Source: Magallana gigas (Eukaryota). Taken from it: a DNA stretch of 64,000 nt. The stretch lies in NCBI RefSeq assembly GCF_963853765.1, contig NC_088855.1:12090001-12154000 (forward strand). The letters run 5' to 3'. This document shows, in pieces, positions 1 through 13,129 of this stretch (position 1 is its first letter; each line of letters begins with the position of its first letter). The notes below the pieces were generated by a model. It was given only the letters and a program-made list of their open reading frames with translations. It made no database searches and was not told the origin of the DNA. The position numbers and the translations under genes are program-made.

Positions 1-136
1 TCATAAATCTTCTTATAAACACTATATAATCAAACAATAAATTATAACAAAAACAATACACAGCATGGTATCCCCTTGTAACAGAGCACATGAACTATGG
101 AAGGTAACTGGAAAGATCACAATTTTTATTTCTTAC

Positions 137-1830
137 CCGGGAACACTTAAGCTGAAGGGATATTTTTTCCAGCTTTGAAACAGCTTCTGAGCACAGATTA
201 CAGCCATCCCCTTCTAATGCCATGCTGTTCAACAAGACAAAAATGTTGCCCTGAATTTCCACCATTTGTACAGAGGGTGCAGAAAAGGCTTCTTCAAATC
301 TCTTGTGTTTCTGCTCTGTCATCCTGCATTGTACATATTGAGTTCACATTAGCATACAGTGAAATAGAAATTGAATCAATGTCATGCATTCATCACGATA
401 TTAATTGAAACAAGATTTGCTCAATGGTTTGACAATATAAAGTTGGTGCAATCCATGGCAAAATGAATGTACACAAAATTCTATCAGTATGACTTTTATT
501 TTACAAATAAATTTACTTACATGTAATGGAAGCCTACATCATGATTTCCAGTGACTGCATAAGTTTCAACACCAGGTGGTGTTGCAAACATTTGTTTAAA
601 ACGTTTAACATGATAGTTAAACTCTGCTTTTGAACACCATTTCCCTTCATCTAGAAGATCACCTGCAAATATTAATATGAATATAACATTATACAATTAC
701 ATTTATAAAGATTTACACCCAAACTCATTTTGATATTTGAAATAGCATAGAGGAGGATTTGGTGTATTAATACTATGGAACATACAAACTCAATACAAAT
801 TACCTAATATAAAAACTACATCTGGCCTATGTATAGTCATGCTGGTTTGGAAAGACCTTTCCATTTGCCATTCTCTGTAAATACATTACATGCAACAAGT
901 AATGAAACAATAATCCAGCTTTTTACACTCTTTAACATTTTTATTAAGTATGTAAGGTAGACTGACACTGGAATGCTTAGTCCATATAAAAAATGATCTG
1001 ATATTTCATGCAATATGTATCAGATTATCTTTTATAACTTGCCAAAGAAAGACAATACTGACAAAAACATATGCTCACTTTTGTATAAAATTATGTACTA
1101 ATGATATCAACAATATAGCAACATGATAGTAATAGCAATTATTAATATCAATACAAAAACAATGATATCAACATGAAGGCATATAAGGCCTTGGAGCATG
1201 AAAATATTTTTCAGCTAATAGATAAGCAAATCCACCTTCCTTTTGTTACAAACTATTATACATACTACATCTGGTACCAGGATATGTGATACCATGAACT
1301 CTAAACTCAACATGTTTTATGATACTGTTATACTGAATCAATACCCATAGGATAATGTTGATTTCAGCTTAGAAAGGGAAATATCTGAGTTGTCTCAATA
1401 ATTTCCGAACAACCCTCGTATGATCTTGAAATTATTGGTTTTTGATACACTTTTCATATAGCTGTGTAAATACCGATATATTGATGGTACAAATTACAAA
1501 ACCATAGAAAGATTAGAGAAATGTAGCCAGTTAACTGTCATTGGCAAATGTTTCCCCATACCTTCTCAGCTTGTCAAACCAGTGTCCTTCTCTCCATCCA
1601 AGTATGTGAGTGTCAGCTATTATCATAACTTTCAGCGGGTTTGATTTTGACGGAGCTTGTAGAGTATCCACGTCTAATATTGGCCATTTGCAGAATAACA
1701 AAACAATGAAGTAATGGAAAAATTCACAGTAAAGCAACAAACAAATGAATAAAAAGAAAAAGCGAAAAAGTCTTCGGGTTCGCAAAAGGAAACAGAATAG
1801 TTCTGGTATCTGAACAATAATCCAACCCAT
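137..1830 (-). CDS. MPPE1: Metallophosphoesterase 1 / PGAP5 (GPI remodelling), 5' part; gene continues beyond the left edge
   Basis: Exons 1830-1562, 874-804, 662-521, 323-137, all GT-AG and phase-consistent. Translation has an N-terminal hydrophobic segment, then ADTHILG...WFDKLRREWQMERSFQT...VFILGDLLDEGKW...GNHDVGFHY...VLLNSMALEGDGC, the calcineurin-like metallophosphoesterase motifs of MPPE1. Confidence 0.93.
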
Positions 1831-2345
1831 GGCTACATATTGATTAAAAGAAACATTTGAGTCTTGATGAAATATCGTTGCATAAAGAATGAACTGACGA
1901 AAAGATGTGGCTACATTCAGTTCTATTTATTGTCTGCAGGGTTACTCCATAAATTTTCTCAAGATGTGCTATATGTTTGTGTTTGTCCGTGCTACATAGA
2001 GTTCGATTTTTCTCATTCCTGATCACCGGTATTCTAAAATGATGATTGCAACGGCAGAATCTCAAACCAGGGACGTATATACGTCTCTGCTCAAACAAAT
2101 CAAAACTGACAAAAGTCTGAAAAGAAACCAATGGAGGCTGCCATGTTGGATAAAATATACAAGTCAATCATGTTGGGTTTATGTTCCGGACAATTATTGT
2201 AAACGTTTAAATTTTGTCATTTATGTATCATTCTTTGCAAAATTCAATTATTTAATTTCAATTATAAATGTCCTGTTTATGACATTATTTTAATGTCGAT
2301 TTTTTGTAGCCTACGCGGTAGAATATGTTCGATTTTTAGTCATTC

Positions 2346-2353
2346 ACTTCCGG
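2346..2353. promoter_or_regulatory. ETS-type motif ACTTCCGG in the divergent MPPE1/MATCAP interval
   Basis: Exact ETS/GABP core between two divergently oriented genes. Confidence 0.4.
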
Positions 2354-5132
2354 GTTATTGCCAGGGTTAAGCGTCATGGGGGATATACTGATATAGCCTA
2401 CTTTGCAGGTTTTCAAGTGTAGTGTATTCATGTCTTCAAATACTGCAAGGTTAGATGAATTGTCATTGAGTTTATGTTTATATTTAGCAATTAAATCATC
2501 TGTTGTCGTCTAATTACAATAATGTTGATGTGATAAAGTTATTCTTCTTTTCCTCAACATGCTCAATATTATCATAAAAACTGCATATATTTTCCTTTTT
2601 TATAGAGATCAATTCTGGTACTACTTTAACACACAATTTTCTTTGTATCGGAACTTTGAATTCATTTATTTGGAAATTCATTTATACAAATGATATCACA
2701 ATTACCGTTTTAAAAATGAACTGTTTAATATCGCTTTTAACCCCCCCCCCCCCCTTTAAAAAAATGTGTATAGAAGTTTCTTCCATATTTTCAAAAGGAA
2801 AGACAATCATACTTTATTTCTATTTTCGAAACATATTTGTATAGCAAGCAAGCCTCTATAGTTTTCACCTTAATTATTAGGACTAATTTAAGGTGCTAGA
2901 ATGTTAACCTTTCGTAAAGGATTAATCCATTCTATTGTCACAAACTTTTTAAATAGAATGCAATGCTATTAGTGTGATTGTTAATGCTTTGCAAAGTTGT
3001 ACAGAATATCATGAAGTAAGATTACAAATCAATCTATTATGTCAGTGATAAAAATCTTAATTGATTTTATGCAATCACTTCACAACTTTGCTTATATATT
3101 TATCTCTAGTATGATGATGACATGGTGGAGGTGTGCTTGAAATATTTTGCATAGGTTGATGATCATGCATATTCTTATTAAATCGTAAATGTCATTAATG
3201 AATTAATTGATTTTAAGATAATGAGTAACTTAGTTATGGTGTTATATGGGACACCTCCATATTTTGATGTGTTTCCGATGGAAATTAAAAAAAACAATAA
3301 AAATCAAGAATGATTATATAATTAAAGTTTCTTCTTTCCTGAAATCCTTACCTAATAGCATAGCGCAGTGGGTGAGGGCATTACAAACAGATCTGTCAGT
3401 CAAATCCAGCTGGTGCTTTTCAATTTTTACCTTTATAAAATTTTAACATATTTTAATTTGATATTGTTTACTTTTATCCACATTAATATTGTCAAGTGTC
3501 CCATACTACCTTAAGCAACTTTTCAACAAGAAAATCTAGTATATAGTAAAAGGATGATGACTATACATGTATATATAGTCTGTCCCAAGTTATTGCCTCC
3601 ATCATTTTTTGATAATTTAATAGAATTACACATACCTTTGAAAGATATATTATTCTTCACTCATAAAAGTTCATAGGAACAAAGACAAATTTCTTACGAA
3701 GATTTATAACGGAATATGTTTACATACTTTCTATATTCCGAAATCTCTTGGAGTACCTCGTACAATTTTTCAAACTTTTACCAGTATTTCATGGCTGATG
3801 CAAAACAAAATCCCCGTAGACTTTCTATTTTTGGATGTGTATTGAAAGCTGAAGCAGTAAGGGGAGGGGGCATTTCAAAACAGATAATCTGGACATTTTT
3901 TATATTAGTGGATGAACGTAGTTTGAGCACAAAGGTATTAATGATTATCAAAATATAATCAAGCGAAAAATGGAGGAAGTAAAAACTCAGGACAGAGTGT
4001 AGTACATATATGATATTCCATACATTCCTGATAGCAGACTTATAGATGCAAGGACATAACTGTGAGATTGATTGAGGTTGTTTTACAAGTGATTTTGGGG
4101 AAATGCACATGGATGTAAATTAATACAGTTGGGTGTATTTTCTTGGCATTTTTAAGGCATATTCAGTGCATATATTTCTTCTATAAACTAATGAATTTTA
4201 GTAGAATGAGTAAATATGTAGGATCCAAATAATATATGTATATATTAATATATGTATATAATATATCCAAATATGCAGGATCCAACAGTCAATTTATTTA
4301 TCCATTTATAATGCCATGTATGGGGGGATTGTCTGATTGAAAAAAAGAGCCTATAACAATGTTTCTTCTTTTTTATAAAGAGCAAATATCACCTTGAACC
4401 AAATACAATCGTTACCCTTTCATTAGTATTTCTTCAAACTCTGATTTTAAGAAATTACTTCTTCATTGAATAAGAAGTCTAGAAATGAATTTAAATACTG
4501 TAGATTTAAAATCCTTTGTTAATTTAACTACCGAAAATGTAGAAGTAAGTAAATAAGCCTAGAGTATTCATTATTACTGTTATGTAAACACAACAGATTT
4601 TCTGAAATACAAGCTACTAACTGTTGTTATATAAATAAATCATTATTTTGAAACTATTTGATTAACTATATCAACTAAGATGCCTTTGATTTGTACATAC
4701 AAAAACATGTACTAGTAAAGCTTTCCATTAGGTCTTTTATTGAAGTGCATTCTAAGTGGCGCCCTAGTAAATATTTAAATAGAAATTTACTATCAATAAA
4801 AGTTTGGATTTTATTCAATTTCAACTTGACTGTATCCCCATAACAGTGGCAACACAAGCTGAAGAAGTCGTGTTTCTAATGTTTTATTGATCATGTTGAT
4901 TGTAAATCAAATTCAATTACGGTACATGTGTCTCTATATCCAGATTCCTTTAAAATCAATATGCAGCAGTGTATATCAATTTATATATCATTATGTTTTA
5001 TATCTTTCAGGATTTTAGTGAAAGAAAATTACTGGAATTAAAGGTAAAAATCCTGGATATGACGTGTCTTGCAGAAAAAAGTGTGGAAAATTGACAAGTG
5101 ATTTGAAGATTGTTTTATCAAATTCCTGAAAA

Positions 5133-8100
5133 ATGCCTACCAAACTGGTGAAAGAGATTGCAACATCCACTTCCTATTCTTCCTTCTTTGCTCCTGTGAA
5201 CTCTCATTATGATAAAGGAAGGAAGAAAAAACGGAAAAAGAATGCCAGAAACAAGGCACAGCAAGTTACTGTCACCATCAAGTCGCTGGATCGACCCAAA
5301 TCAGACATTGGCTTAAAATTGGACAAGTCCTTCAGTAGAACCAATACATGTGACAGCTTGAGCTCCACCAAACTCCCCTTCATTTACAGTAGAACGCCAC
5401 CTAGTCCCCGGTTACTGACTCCTTTAAATCGGTCACCGCCGGCTCTGTCTGTCAACAGTGTCCCCACCGCCTGTGAGCGGAGGAAAAAACTCCCACTCTT
5501 AGCTGCCATAAAGCCAGACAACGAGAAAGCGGAGAAGGAGAGATTCATGCGTGCCAACTTTCTATATAATCCATACTTTGTGTATAAATTTCCTGCTGAG
5601 CCTGAAGTGTTAGAAAAGTGTAGTCAACCCTCTGATCGTTTTATAAATGAGGTAACAAATTTCATTTTTTGTCTTCTGGTTTACTCTTTTTTTTAAGTAA
5701 ATCGGTCATATTAAGTCAATCCAAACATCAGGTATGCTAGTTTTGCACATAATAATTTGGCAATTTTTTGGATGTTTCAGGCCATATTTATCATGGAAAA
5801 TGCACTAGAGAAATATGGAACCTATGAGGAATTTGAGGTGCAGACAGGGGGACAAGTTTTAGGGAGACCTCAGATATTGAATATCATCAAGAGGTACCTG
5901 AAGCGTGAGGAGCTAGAGGATGACATCATCCTGAACCTGACAGATGAGCTCTTGTCCCGAGGATCAATGACCAGAAACAAGGGGAAACCTCAGCTTAATG
6001 TCAGGACGGTCAACCTGAGAGAAATGTGGGTAGAGGGACTACTACGCCATGAATTAGGTGAGTTAGTCAAACCTCAATATCTCAAACTTAACAGCTAGGG
6101 CCAGAAATAAATGTAGAGGTATCTAACTAAAGGATTAAAAAAATCTAGAATTAATTAGGCAAAGAAACGATGAATGGGATTTCCATCTTTTATTGACACA
6201 ATTACAATCAAATACATGTGACCTTTATGAGAAAAAAGATGAAAAGAGAGAACACTTTTTATTGGGGAGACTGCATTCTCTTTTCATGCAAGTCTATGTA
6301 GTAGATATCTAGCCTGTTCTAGCAAATATTGAAAAGATCACAATGAAAACTATTAACTTATGTTGTTAAATTTTAGTCCAAAAATATTTAGAAATGCTGC
6401 TCCATGTGAGCTAGAAACATCATAATCATAAATTTAGACACAAGGCGTCACAGACACACACACAACAACACTTGTTAAAGATTTATTTGCAGTGTTAGGT
6501 ACTAGCATATAAATGTATAATTAGGAGAATCTCTGAAATGGTAAGTCTTCAGAAAAAGTAATAATTTATATACAAGTAATTGTGTATGTATATATTAGGT
6601 AACACTGTTTCTTTATTGTACGTGGCAGGTACACACCATTTGAGAAGTGTAAACAACAGATATCAACCATGGAGTAACTGTAAGGTACGGAAGGACATGG
6701 GGCTACGATCCATGAACCCAACAGAGGAGGGACTTGCATCCCTACACAGTGTTCTGTTCCGTAAAGACCCATGTCTGTGGCGGGCGGCAGTGTTGTATTA
6801 CACCGTTTACAAAGCCTCACAAATGTCTCTGAAAGAGGTGTTCAAAGATCTGGGTCAGTATGTGCAAGATCCGAACGTCCGCTGGGATTACTGTATACGA
6901 GCCAAAAGAGGCCAGACAGATACTTCAAGACCAGGTACATACTGTCTTATATTTATGCCCCTCTTCGAAGAAGGGAGGGCATATTGCTTTGCTGCTGTCG
7001 TTCTGTCTCTCTTTTGGTTGGTTGGTTCACTAGTACTGTAGTTTCCGTTCAATTTCTTATTTGAGGTTGCACATTTTGAAATGAAATATGGAATACAGAT
7101 TTATCTAAATAATATCTAGGTCAAGTTTTATTTTGGGTATGATCAAGCAATTTTTGACAGAGTTATGCACCTTGGACTTAGAAAAATTCCAATTATTTGC
7201 AGTTTCCGGTCATTTTCTTCGCAGATGTTTCCTTTGGAGGGGGGCCATAAGTGTTTCACAAACATCTCTTGTTTTAGTGTTTAAAATTAGATTTTAAACA
7301 AGTTATTCCCTGTGCTGCTATGTTGTATCATTTGTACCGGTACGTGTGGTACCGGTATGTGTGGTACGTAGGTTTTGACCAACAAATTCAAAATGTTAAG
7401 CAGGAATTCTGAATCCAACAGTACTTGTTTATTATGCATCATGGTATACATATTGCTAATCTATATTAAAAGATTATAAGCGAGTATTTATTCCTTCTGC
7501 ATAACAAAACTTGTACTAACAGTACTGTATATGAGAAGTGACAATGTACACAACGTAGACAATTGACAGATATAATGGTACATGTAAACATGTCAGTTAG
7601 TTAGTTGATAACTGCATATGTTATAATTGCATGAGATAGGAATTGTTAAAAATGTTAAATATGAATAGAAATTTATTAGGAATCAAAATGCTGAAAAGAA
7701 GAATGCAATATATGAAGTTTAAAATAAGGAAACAATAATTACAAACAGTTGGCTAGAATGCAGGGCTAGAAATTATCATTAAGTCAGTCATGGCACTGTT
7801 GGACTTTCAACTATACATGTACTACAACTATTTCACCACACTGGTCAGTGGACCAATATAACAGTATAGGGAAAAGACTGGAAAAAATACTGAGCAGAAG
7901 AGCAGTGCTCTAGCCCTGGCCCAAATCTAAAATTTACTAGTTCCAGATCATCAAATGATTAGAGCTCTGCAGTATGATAGATTTAATCAAGTTGGCATGC
8001 AACATTGCAGCCAAAGGGAAATAACTTTTGCTAAATTTGTTTCTCTTGGAGAAAATAATGCCCTCTGGATCATTTTATTCAAATGATCTATGACAACAAC

Positions 8101-8534
8101 GTAATTATTACTCAATGCATGCACTTAATGGCATGACAAAACTAGTAAAATATATGAAATTTATTATTTTCCTCTCTGCACTATCTGGATTTCCAAAAAA
8201 CATGTAGCGCTGCACATGTCAAGTAAATTAAGAGAACTTGGATAAGTCAGAATTAATTTTCAGTCGACATGAATTTTCAGGTGCATTTTGCAAAGATCAA
8301 GTTTATCTGGATGGAGCTCTGCAGTTGTTGAAGCACAGAAGACATATAGACTTCCAGTTGTTGATCCGACTAGGGAAGATTGCCTGGCAAGATATCGATA
8401 TACTGCGCCCTTACGCTGAGCTACAAGATACCCAGGTTCCTTTCTTCATGGAAGACATGACCGCCTACAGGAAGCACTTGGACAGAATAGCGGAAGCCAA
8501 TGGCCTAACAGATGAAATCTTAACGGCTATATGA
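5133..8534 (+). CDS. MATCAP1: Microtubule-associated tyrosine carboxypeptidase family protein (MATCAP / KIAA0895-like gluzincin)
   Basis: Exons 5133-5651, 5781-6057, 6629-6934, 8281-8534, GT-AG and in phase. In-frame TGA at 5127-5129 supports the ATG. Motifs EGLLRHELG|THHLR (HExGxH), NPTEEGLASLH, RWDYCIRAKRG and FCKDQVYLDG match the family. Paralog (MATCAP1 vs MATCAP2) cannot be resolved by eye. Confidence 0.9.
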
Positions 8535-8691
8535 TCTAATCCGTGAAGATTGCAGCTGAAATCCATGTGTCAAATATTTATAGAGAACTTGTTGATTATT
8601 TTTTTTTTATGGTGATAGTACACGTAATTACATCAAACATTTGGTTTTATTAATGTTATGCTTTTTATTTTAATTGTTTTGATATTGTAAA

Positions 8692-8696
<5 letters not shown>

Positions 8697-8727
<31 letters not shown>
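8697..8727. repeat. (TA)n microsatellite
   Basis: Uninterrupted TA run just after the MATCAP stop codon. Confidence 0.9.
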
Positions 8728-8730
<3 letters not shown>

Positions 8731-8847
8731 TATCAATTACGTGTATTGTACTTTGGGAAGAGGATGGGTCTGCCAAATGATTTTCAGCTCTTCAAAACGG
8801 AGATGATATTTTGCCTAATATATATTGGGGTAACTGTTGGTTTGTTA

Positions 8848-9069
8848 CTGTAAATTCCTAATTAAACGCGAGGAATTAATATCCGCGTAAAAGAAGAAGA
8901 GAGAATCCCCTCTTGCGAATTCTAAAATCTCGCTCTTAATTATGGGACACATGTCAACTACATGAAACTATGATAAAATTTTGGCATTCGCAATTTTATG
9001 TTCTCGCGATTTGATGGAAAATCATTGAATCGGGGAATTAAGTACTCACGTAAAATAAGGAATATACAG
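8848..9069. mobile_element. TA-flanked MITE (CTGT...ACAG termini)
   Basis: TA|CTGTAAATTCCTAATT ... AATAAGGAATATACAG|TA: imperfect TIRs with TA duplication. Confidence 0.75.
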
Positions 9070-11636
9070 TATTGAGGTAGTTTAGATAAGCTGGAAGCAG
9101 GAACATTATTGTCAATCATTAAAAGTGCTATTTGATGAGATTGAAAATGTTGACTTCACAGATAAAAACATTGGTAGGATTATCTGATATAATAATACCT
9201 AGCTTGAATCTAATTCAACTGTAGGAGAAACCTTTAGGGTTTTATAGTATGGAACACCATAACTATATTTTCAATATAGGTACTTGCCTAGTTTGCCACA
9301 AGTTTTTTTTAAAGTAAGATGGGGACAGATTTATCTTTATACAAGTTTTGTTATCCAGTTTTATGTGAGATGTGTTGCATATTTCTGGAGTGAAATATTC
9401 TTTTTTGGTTGTGAAAGTATTACCGGTAGGTATTTTGTTTCTTCTTTTTTTGTACTTGAAGTACATTTTATTTTACAATATATTACCTTCAAATTTTAGC
9501 ATTATTTTATGGTTGTGATTTTTTTAATCAATAGAGGTTGTGATAATCATATTATTATTATTTTAGTTAATTATTTTGCTGTTAAAAATAATTGTTGATT
9601 ATACATGTACATGTATAAAAAAAACTTGTTAGATATGACAGTGAATACATTTACAAGAACTTTCAAGGCAGTGTGGAAGCTTTTAAAATTGAGAATTAAA
9701 TTTGTGTTAGTGAATCCTAGAATTAATACTTGATATGTTCTAAATGATAGGTAAAGTATTGCATTAATGAACTAACTTAATACACATAGAGCTATAACTT
9801 CTGGCCTACTATCAACAATGTTCATGGATATAGAAATTATAATTCTTTTGATAATCATAGTTTAACAAGTACACCAATCTGTTTGTCAAATGCGAGGACA
9901 ATTAAGATTTTCTCATGCATATTTTGAAACAAGGAATGATTTCCAAGTGCAAAAAAATTGACTATTGTAGGAAAATGGCACTTCAAGCTGTGATATTGAT
10001 ATAATTGATGTTAATGTTTGAGCTCTAGCTAGATTAATTACAAGTAATGATGTGATATATTAGATCTTGGTACTTGTAAATGTATAGTACTCTGTGTTAG
10101 TAGCTCCATGCATTTTTGTGCACACTAGGACAATTTTTCTTTCATATCAGTTGAACTTTTAGACTTTAGACCATATGTGTGACATAAATAGGGCATTTTT
10201 ACCGTACAAGTGTAATCATGTGTTATTTGTTTCTGTTGGTATATGATGTGCCAGGTGCTGTAGAAATATTGATTCCATTAATTGATAATTTAAGATTGCT
10301 AGAAAGTGCCATTTTAGGAAGACTTTTGAATTTGAGAATATTTTTATGCATGCATTTTGTTTTGCAATGCAAAATTGAAGATGAGGAAAGTAAAACCACT
10401 CTACAGAACCATAAGAACAGTTAATGCATGCGGTAATTTGCAAATTGTAAATTTACGTCTTTTTTGCTTTTTCATTACATTATGCAGGTATGGCATATTT
10501 CTTAAATTGTCATGTGCTGTTAATTTATCACACTCAAAGGATTAAAAAATAATTCGATCCATCGTCCCTCATTTTAGATGAAGTTAGGTTGTCTGAGGAC
10601 CATCTGTCTGAACTAATACAATCTATAATAATTTAATTAAAAGAGTGAGTGGTTAAGAGTCATCAAAATCGATACACACAGGTTGATACTAATATTATTA
10701 AAATTGCTTCTATTTTAGCAAAAAAATTATTTCAAGTGAACCCAGTTTCTTAATTTAGTTTAAATCATTTGTACATGCAATATTGTGTTAATTATTTTTT
10801 GGTGATGACTTATTGATCATCAAAATTAATTTACGGCCTGCACACAATAATTTTTTCAATTTTAGATTTGTAACATCTTGAGTAAAATATTTTAGCCAAA
10901 CATTTCCTTTATTCATTGCATATGACAACTCATTTGTTTAAGCAAAAGCTTTTAAAGCTCTTCTTTTATTTTGTTGCCTAATATAGATAATAAATCTAAG
11001 ACTTGTTTATTGATTGTGTTGCGTTTCATTTTTAGCTCTCCTGTAGGAAGGGCTTTTAATTTTGTTCAAATGAAAGGCCAGTCTCTTTGCAAAGGGTAGA
11101 TAATTGGAAAAGAATGGTTTTAAAGTCTTCTTCTCCAGAACCACAGTAGGCCAATTTCAGCCAAACTTGACTGGGATTGAATTTGTCTGCATGACCTGGT
11201 GTGTTACATGTGGGACCAACGACGTACCAAGATATAAGCATTCATTGCTTAAAACGATTTTTCTTTTCAACTACAGCAATGATTGTACATTATTATTAAC
11301 TATAACTTTCAATGCCGGTAATGCATGCGCGGATCCAGAAAATTTGTACTAATGCTTGGGAGCATCGCTCCCACATGTCTATGTAAAAGTACACATCGTG
11401 TTTTTAAAAGGGGAGGGGTTACGGTGCATGTTTTGTACTGTTTGTATTTGGCGATGTATTTTCTGGGGTACGGACATGCACATTGCATTATTGGGGGGGG
11501 GGGGGGGGGGGTGGGGGGATTTTTCATTTTTATTATTATTTTTTTTATTTGGTTGAAATAGCGCGTTCTTAGATGACATAAGTCCTCATTTATGAAAGTA
11601 ATATCAATGAATAATAGAAACTCTTGACTCTTGTTG

Positions 11637-11829
11637 CATAGGCGTCTGAACTGGGGGGGCTTAGCCCCCCCACTTTTTTTGCTAAGTTAGACCTAACCAT
11701 TAGGCACATAGCAGAATAGAGGGTTCAGCCCCCCCCCCCCCCCCCCCCCCACTTTTTTTCGCAGGAAACATAATTGTTCCATAGTGTAAGTTTGAAAGAT
11801 TGTGAAGTTGGAGTCAAAGGCATATTAGC

Positions 11830-11876
<47 letters not shown>

Positions 11877-12072
11877 ATTAGGAATATTGTTATTTTCGAA
11901 AAAGAGAGAAATTTGGTATGCAAGATTTTTTTTTTTATTGGAACTATAGGATACAACCCCCCCCCACCGGATTAGGATTTTCATGATTTTGGGAATTAGG
12001 TTTTTTTCTCTCAGTATTTCCATCTAGCCCCCCCCCCCCCCTCCCACTTTCAATTTGCTTCCGACGCCAGTG
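11637..12072. mobile_element. hAT-like MITE with internal poly-C tracts
   Basis: Termini CATAGGCGTCTGAAC and GCTTCCGACGCCAGTG are imperfect inverted repeats. The 8-bp flanks TCTTGTTG and TGTTGTTA match at 6/8. Confidence 0.55.
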
Positions 12073-12625
12073 TGTTGTTAAAAAAAAACTGGAATTAAAC
12101 AATATAAAAATAATGTGTCTCGGTCGCACTCAATTTAACTTTTGATATCAGTTTCAATGCATCTAAATCTGAAGGGCATGAAGATGGGGATTTTTTGTGT
12201 GTTTTATTATATTTTTTTGGCATAACGTTAAATAATACGTATTCATGTCTATTAACTTTTAAATGTGTCCTAGCGACTTTTTTGGCAAACGTTGGAACAA
12301 ATTATAAAAATTATTAGATCTGTATATTTTATAGCATCAAAAAAACTTTTCATTTAACCCCTGTATTAAACTACATGAAAATATAATAAATAGCCTAAGT
12401 AATCGACCGTCTTAAAGCACTGTTGGGCACTCAAGACTTCTTTTCCACGAAAATCGTAGAGTAAACGAATGACAACTCTTGGTTTCCCATTGCAACTGGA
12501 AATGATGAAATAAAAAATGTGGTAAGCATATTCTGTAAAATATTCAATAATGAACCATGAGAGTTGCACAGCGGCATTTATGATTATGACTGACATGAGC
12601 ATCAATATTGCATGTATATGGTACG

Positions 12626-12770
12626 CCAAATTCACAAAAATGAGCTAAACATAGTTTCACAGTCAACTGTAGTTTACGGATCGTAAACTATAGTTATACC
12701 GACGTTAATCTATATTTCACGCGATAATCTATGTTTCACATCTGTAAACTATAGTTAACACTGAAAACAA
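12626..12770. repeat. Fragment of a dispersed repeat with AAACTATAGTT motifs
   Basis: CGCCA(A/C)ATTCACAAAAA(A)TGAGCTAAA...CATAGTTTCACAGT recurs near 56915-56960 with the same AAACTATAGTT motifs. Confidence 0.6.
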
Positions 12771-12811
12771 TCATAGAAAATACACCAGACTTCTTTCAAA
12801 TTTTTAGCATG

Positions 12812-12817
12812 TTTATT
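12812..12817 (-). terminator. Candidate polyadenylation signal (AATAAA) of MsrA
   Basis: TTTATT on the plus strand, ~86 nt downstream of the SECIS in transcript direction. Confidence 0.5.
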
Positions 12818-12902
12818 TGAACTAATTAAATTATTTTTTAAACACAAATTATATGTATATCATGCAGTTCAAAATTTTTTATATTTGTGTACAGAAATCC
12901 AG

Positions 12903-12975
12903 TTCTTTTTAAAACCATCATTTTCTTGAAGGATGAAAACATCTACCTTTTATCAAGAAAAATCATCAGAAAGAA
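12903..12975 (-). promoter_or_regulatory. Type II SECIS element in the MsrA 3' UTR
   Basis: Minus strand: UUCUUU-CUG-A-UGAU-UUUUCUUGA-U-AAAA-GGUA-GAUG-UUUU-CAUC-CU-UCAAGAAAA-UGAU-GGUUUUAA-AAAGAA. It has an AUGA core, 11 nt to the AA run, a perfect 9-bp helix II, a GAUG/CAUC apical mini-stem, 3' UGAU completing the quartet and a 6-bp helix I. It lies ~155 nt after the TAA stop. Confidence 0.9.
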
Positions 12976-13129
12976 ACGAAATTTGATCTACACAAGCATG
13001 AAAAACATTAAAACTGTATCACAGAAATATATCACCTGATTAAAAACTACAGGGGTGGAAAAAGTGGAATAAAAGAATATCACAAACAAAACAGTCAACA
13101 TATGATGAGAACTTCTCAGGTAGAATTTA

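Noticed and set aside
1844-2293. Opposing 107-aa and 84-aa ORFs upstream of MPPE1
   Set aside because: No motifs, splice support or recognisable similarity; they overlap the probable UTR/promoter region.
11309-12129. Poly-Gly and poly-Pro ORFs
   Set aside because: Artefacts of G/C homopolymer tracts in MITEs.
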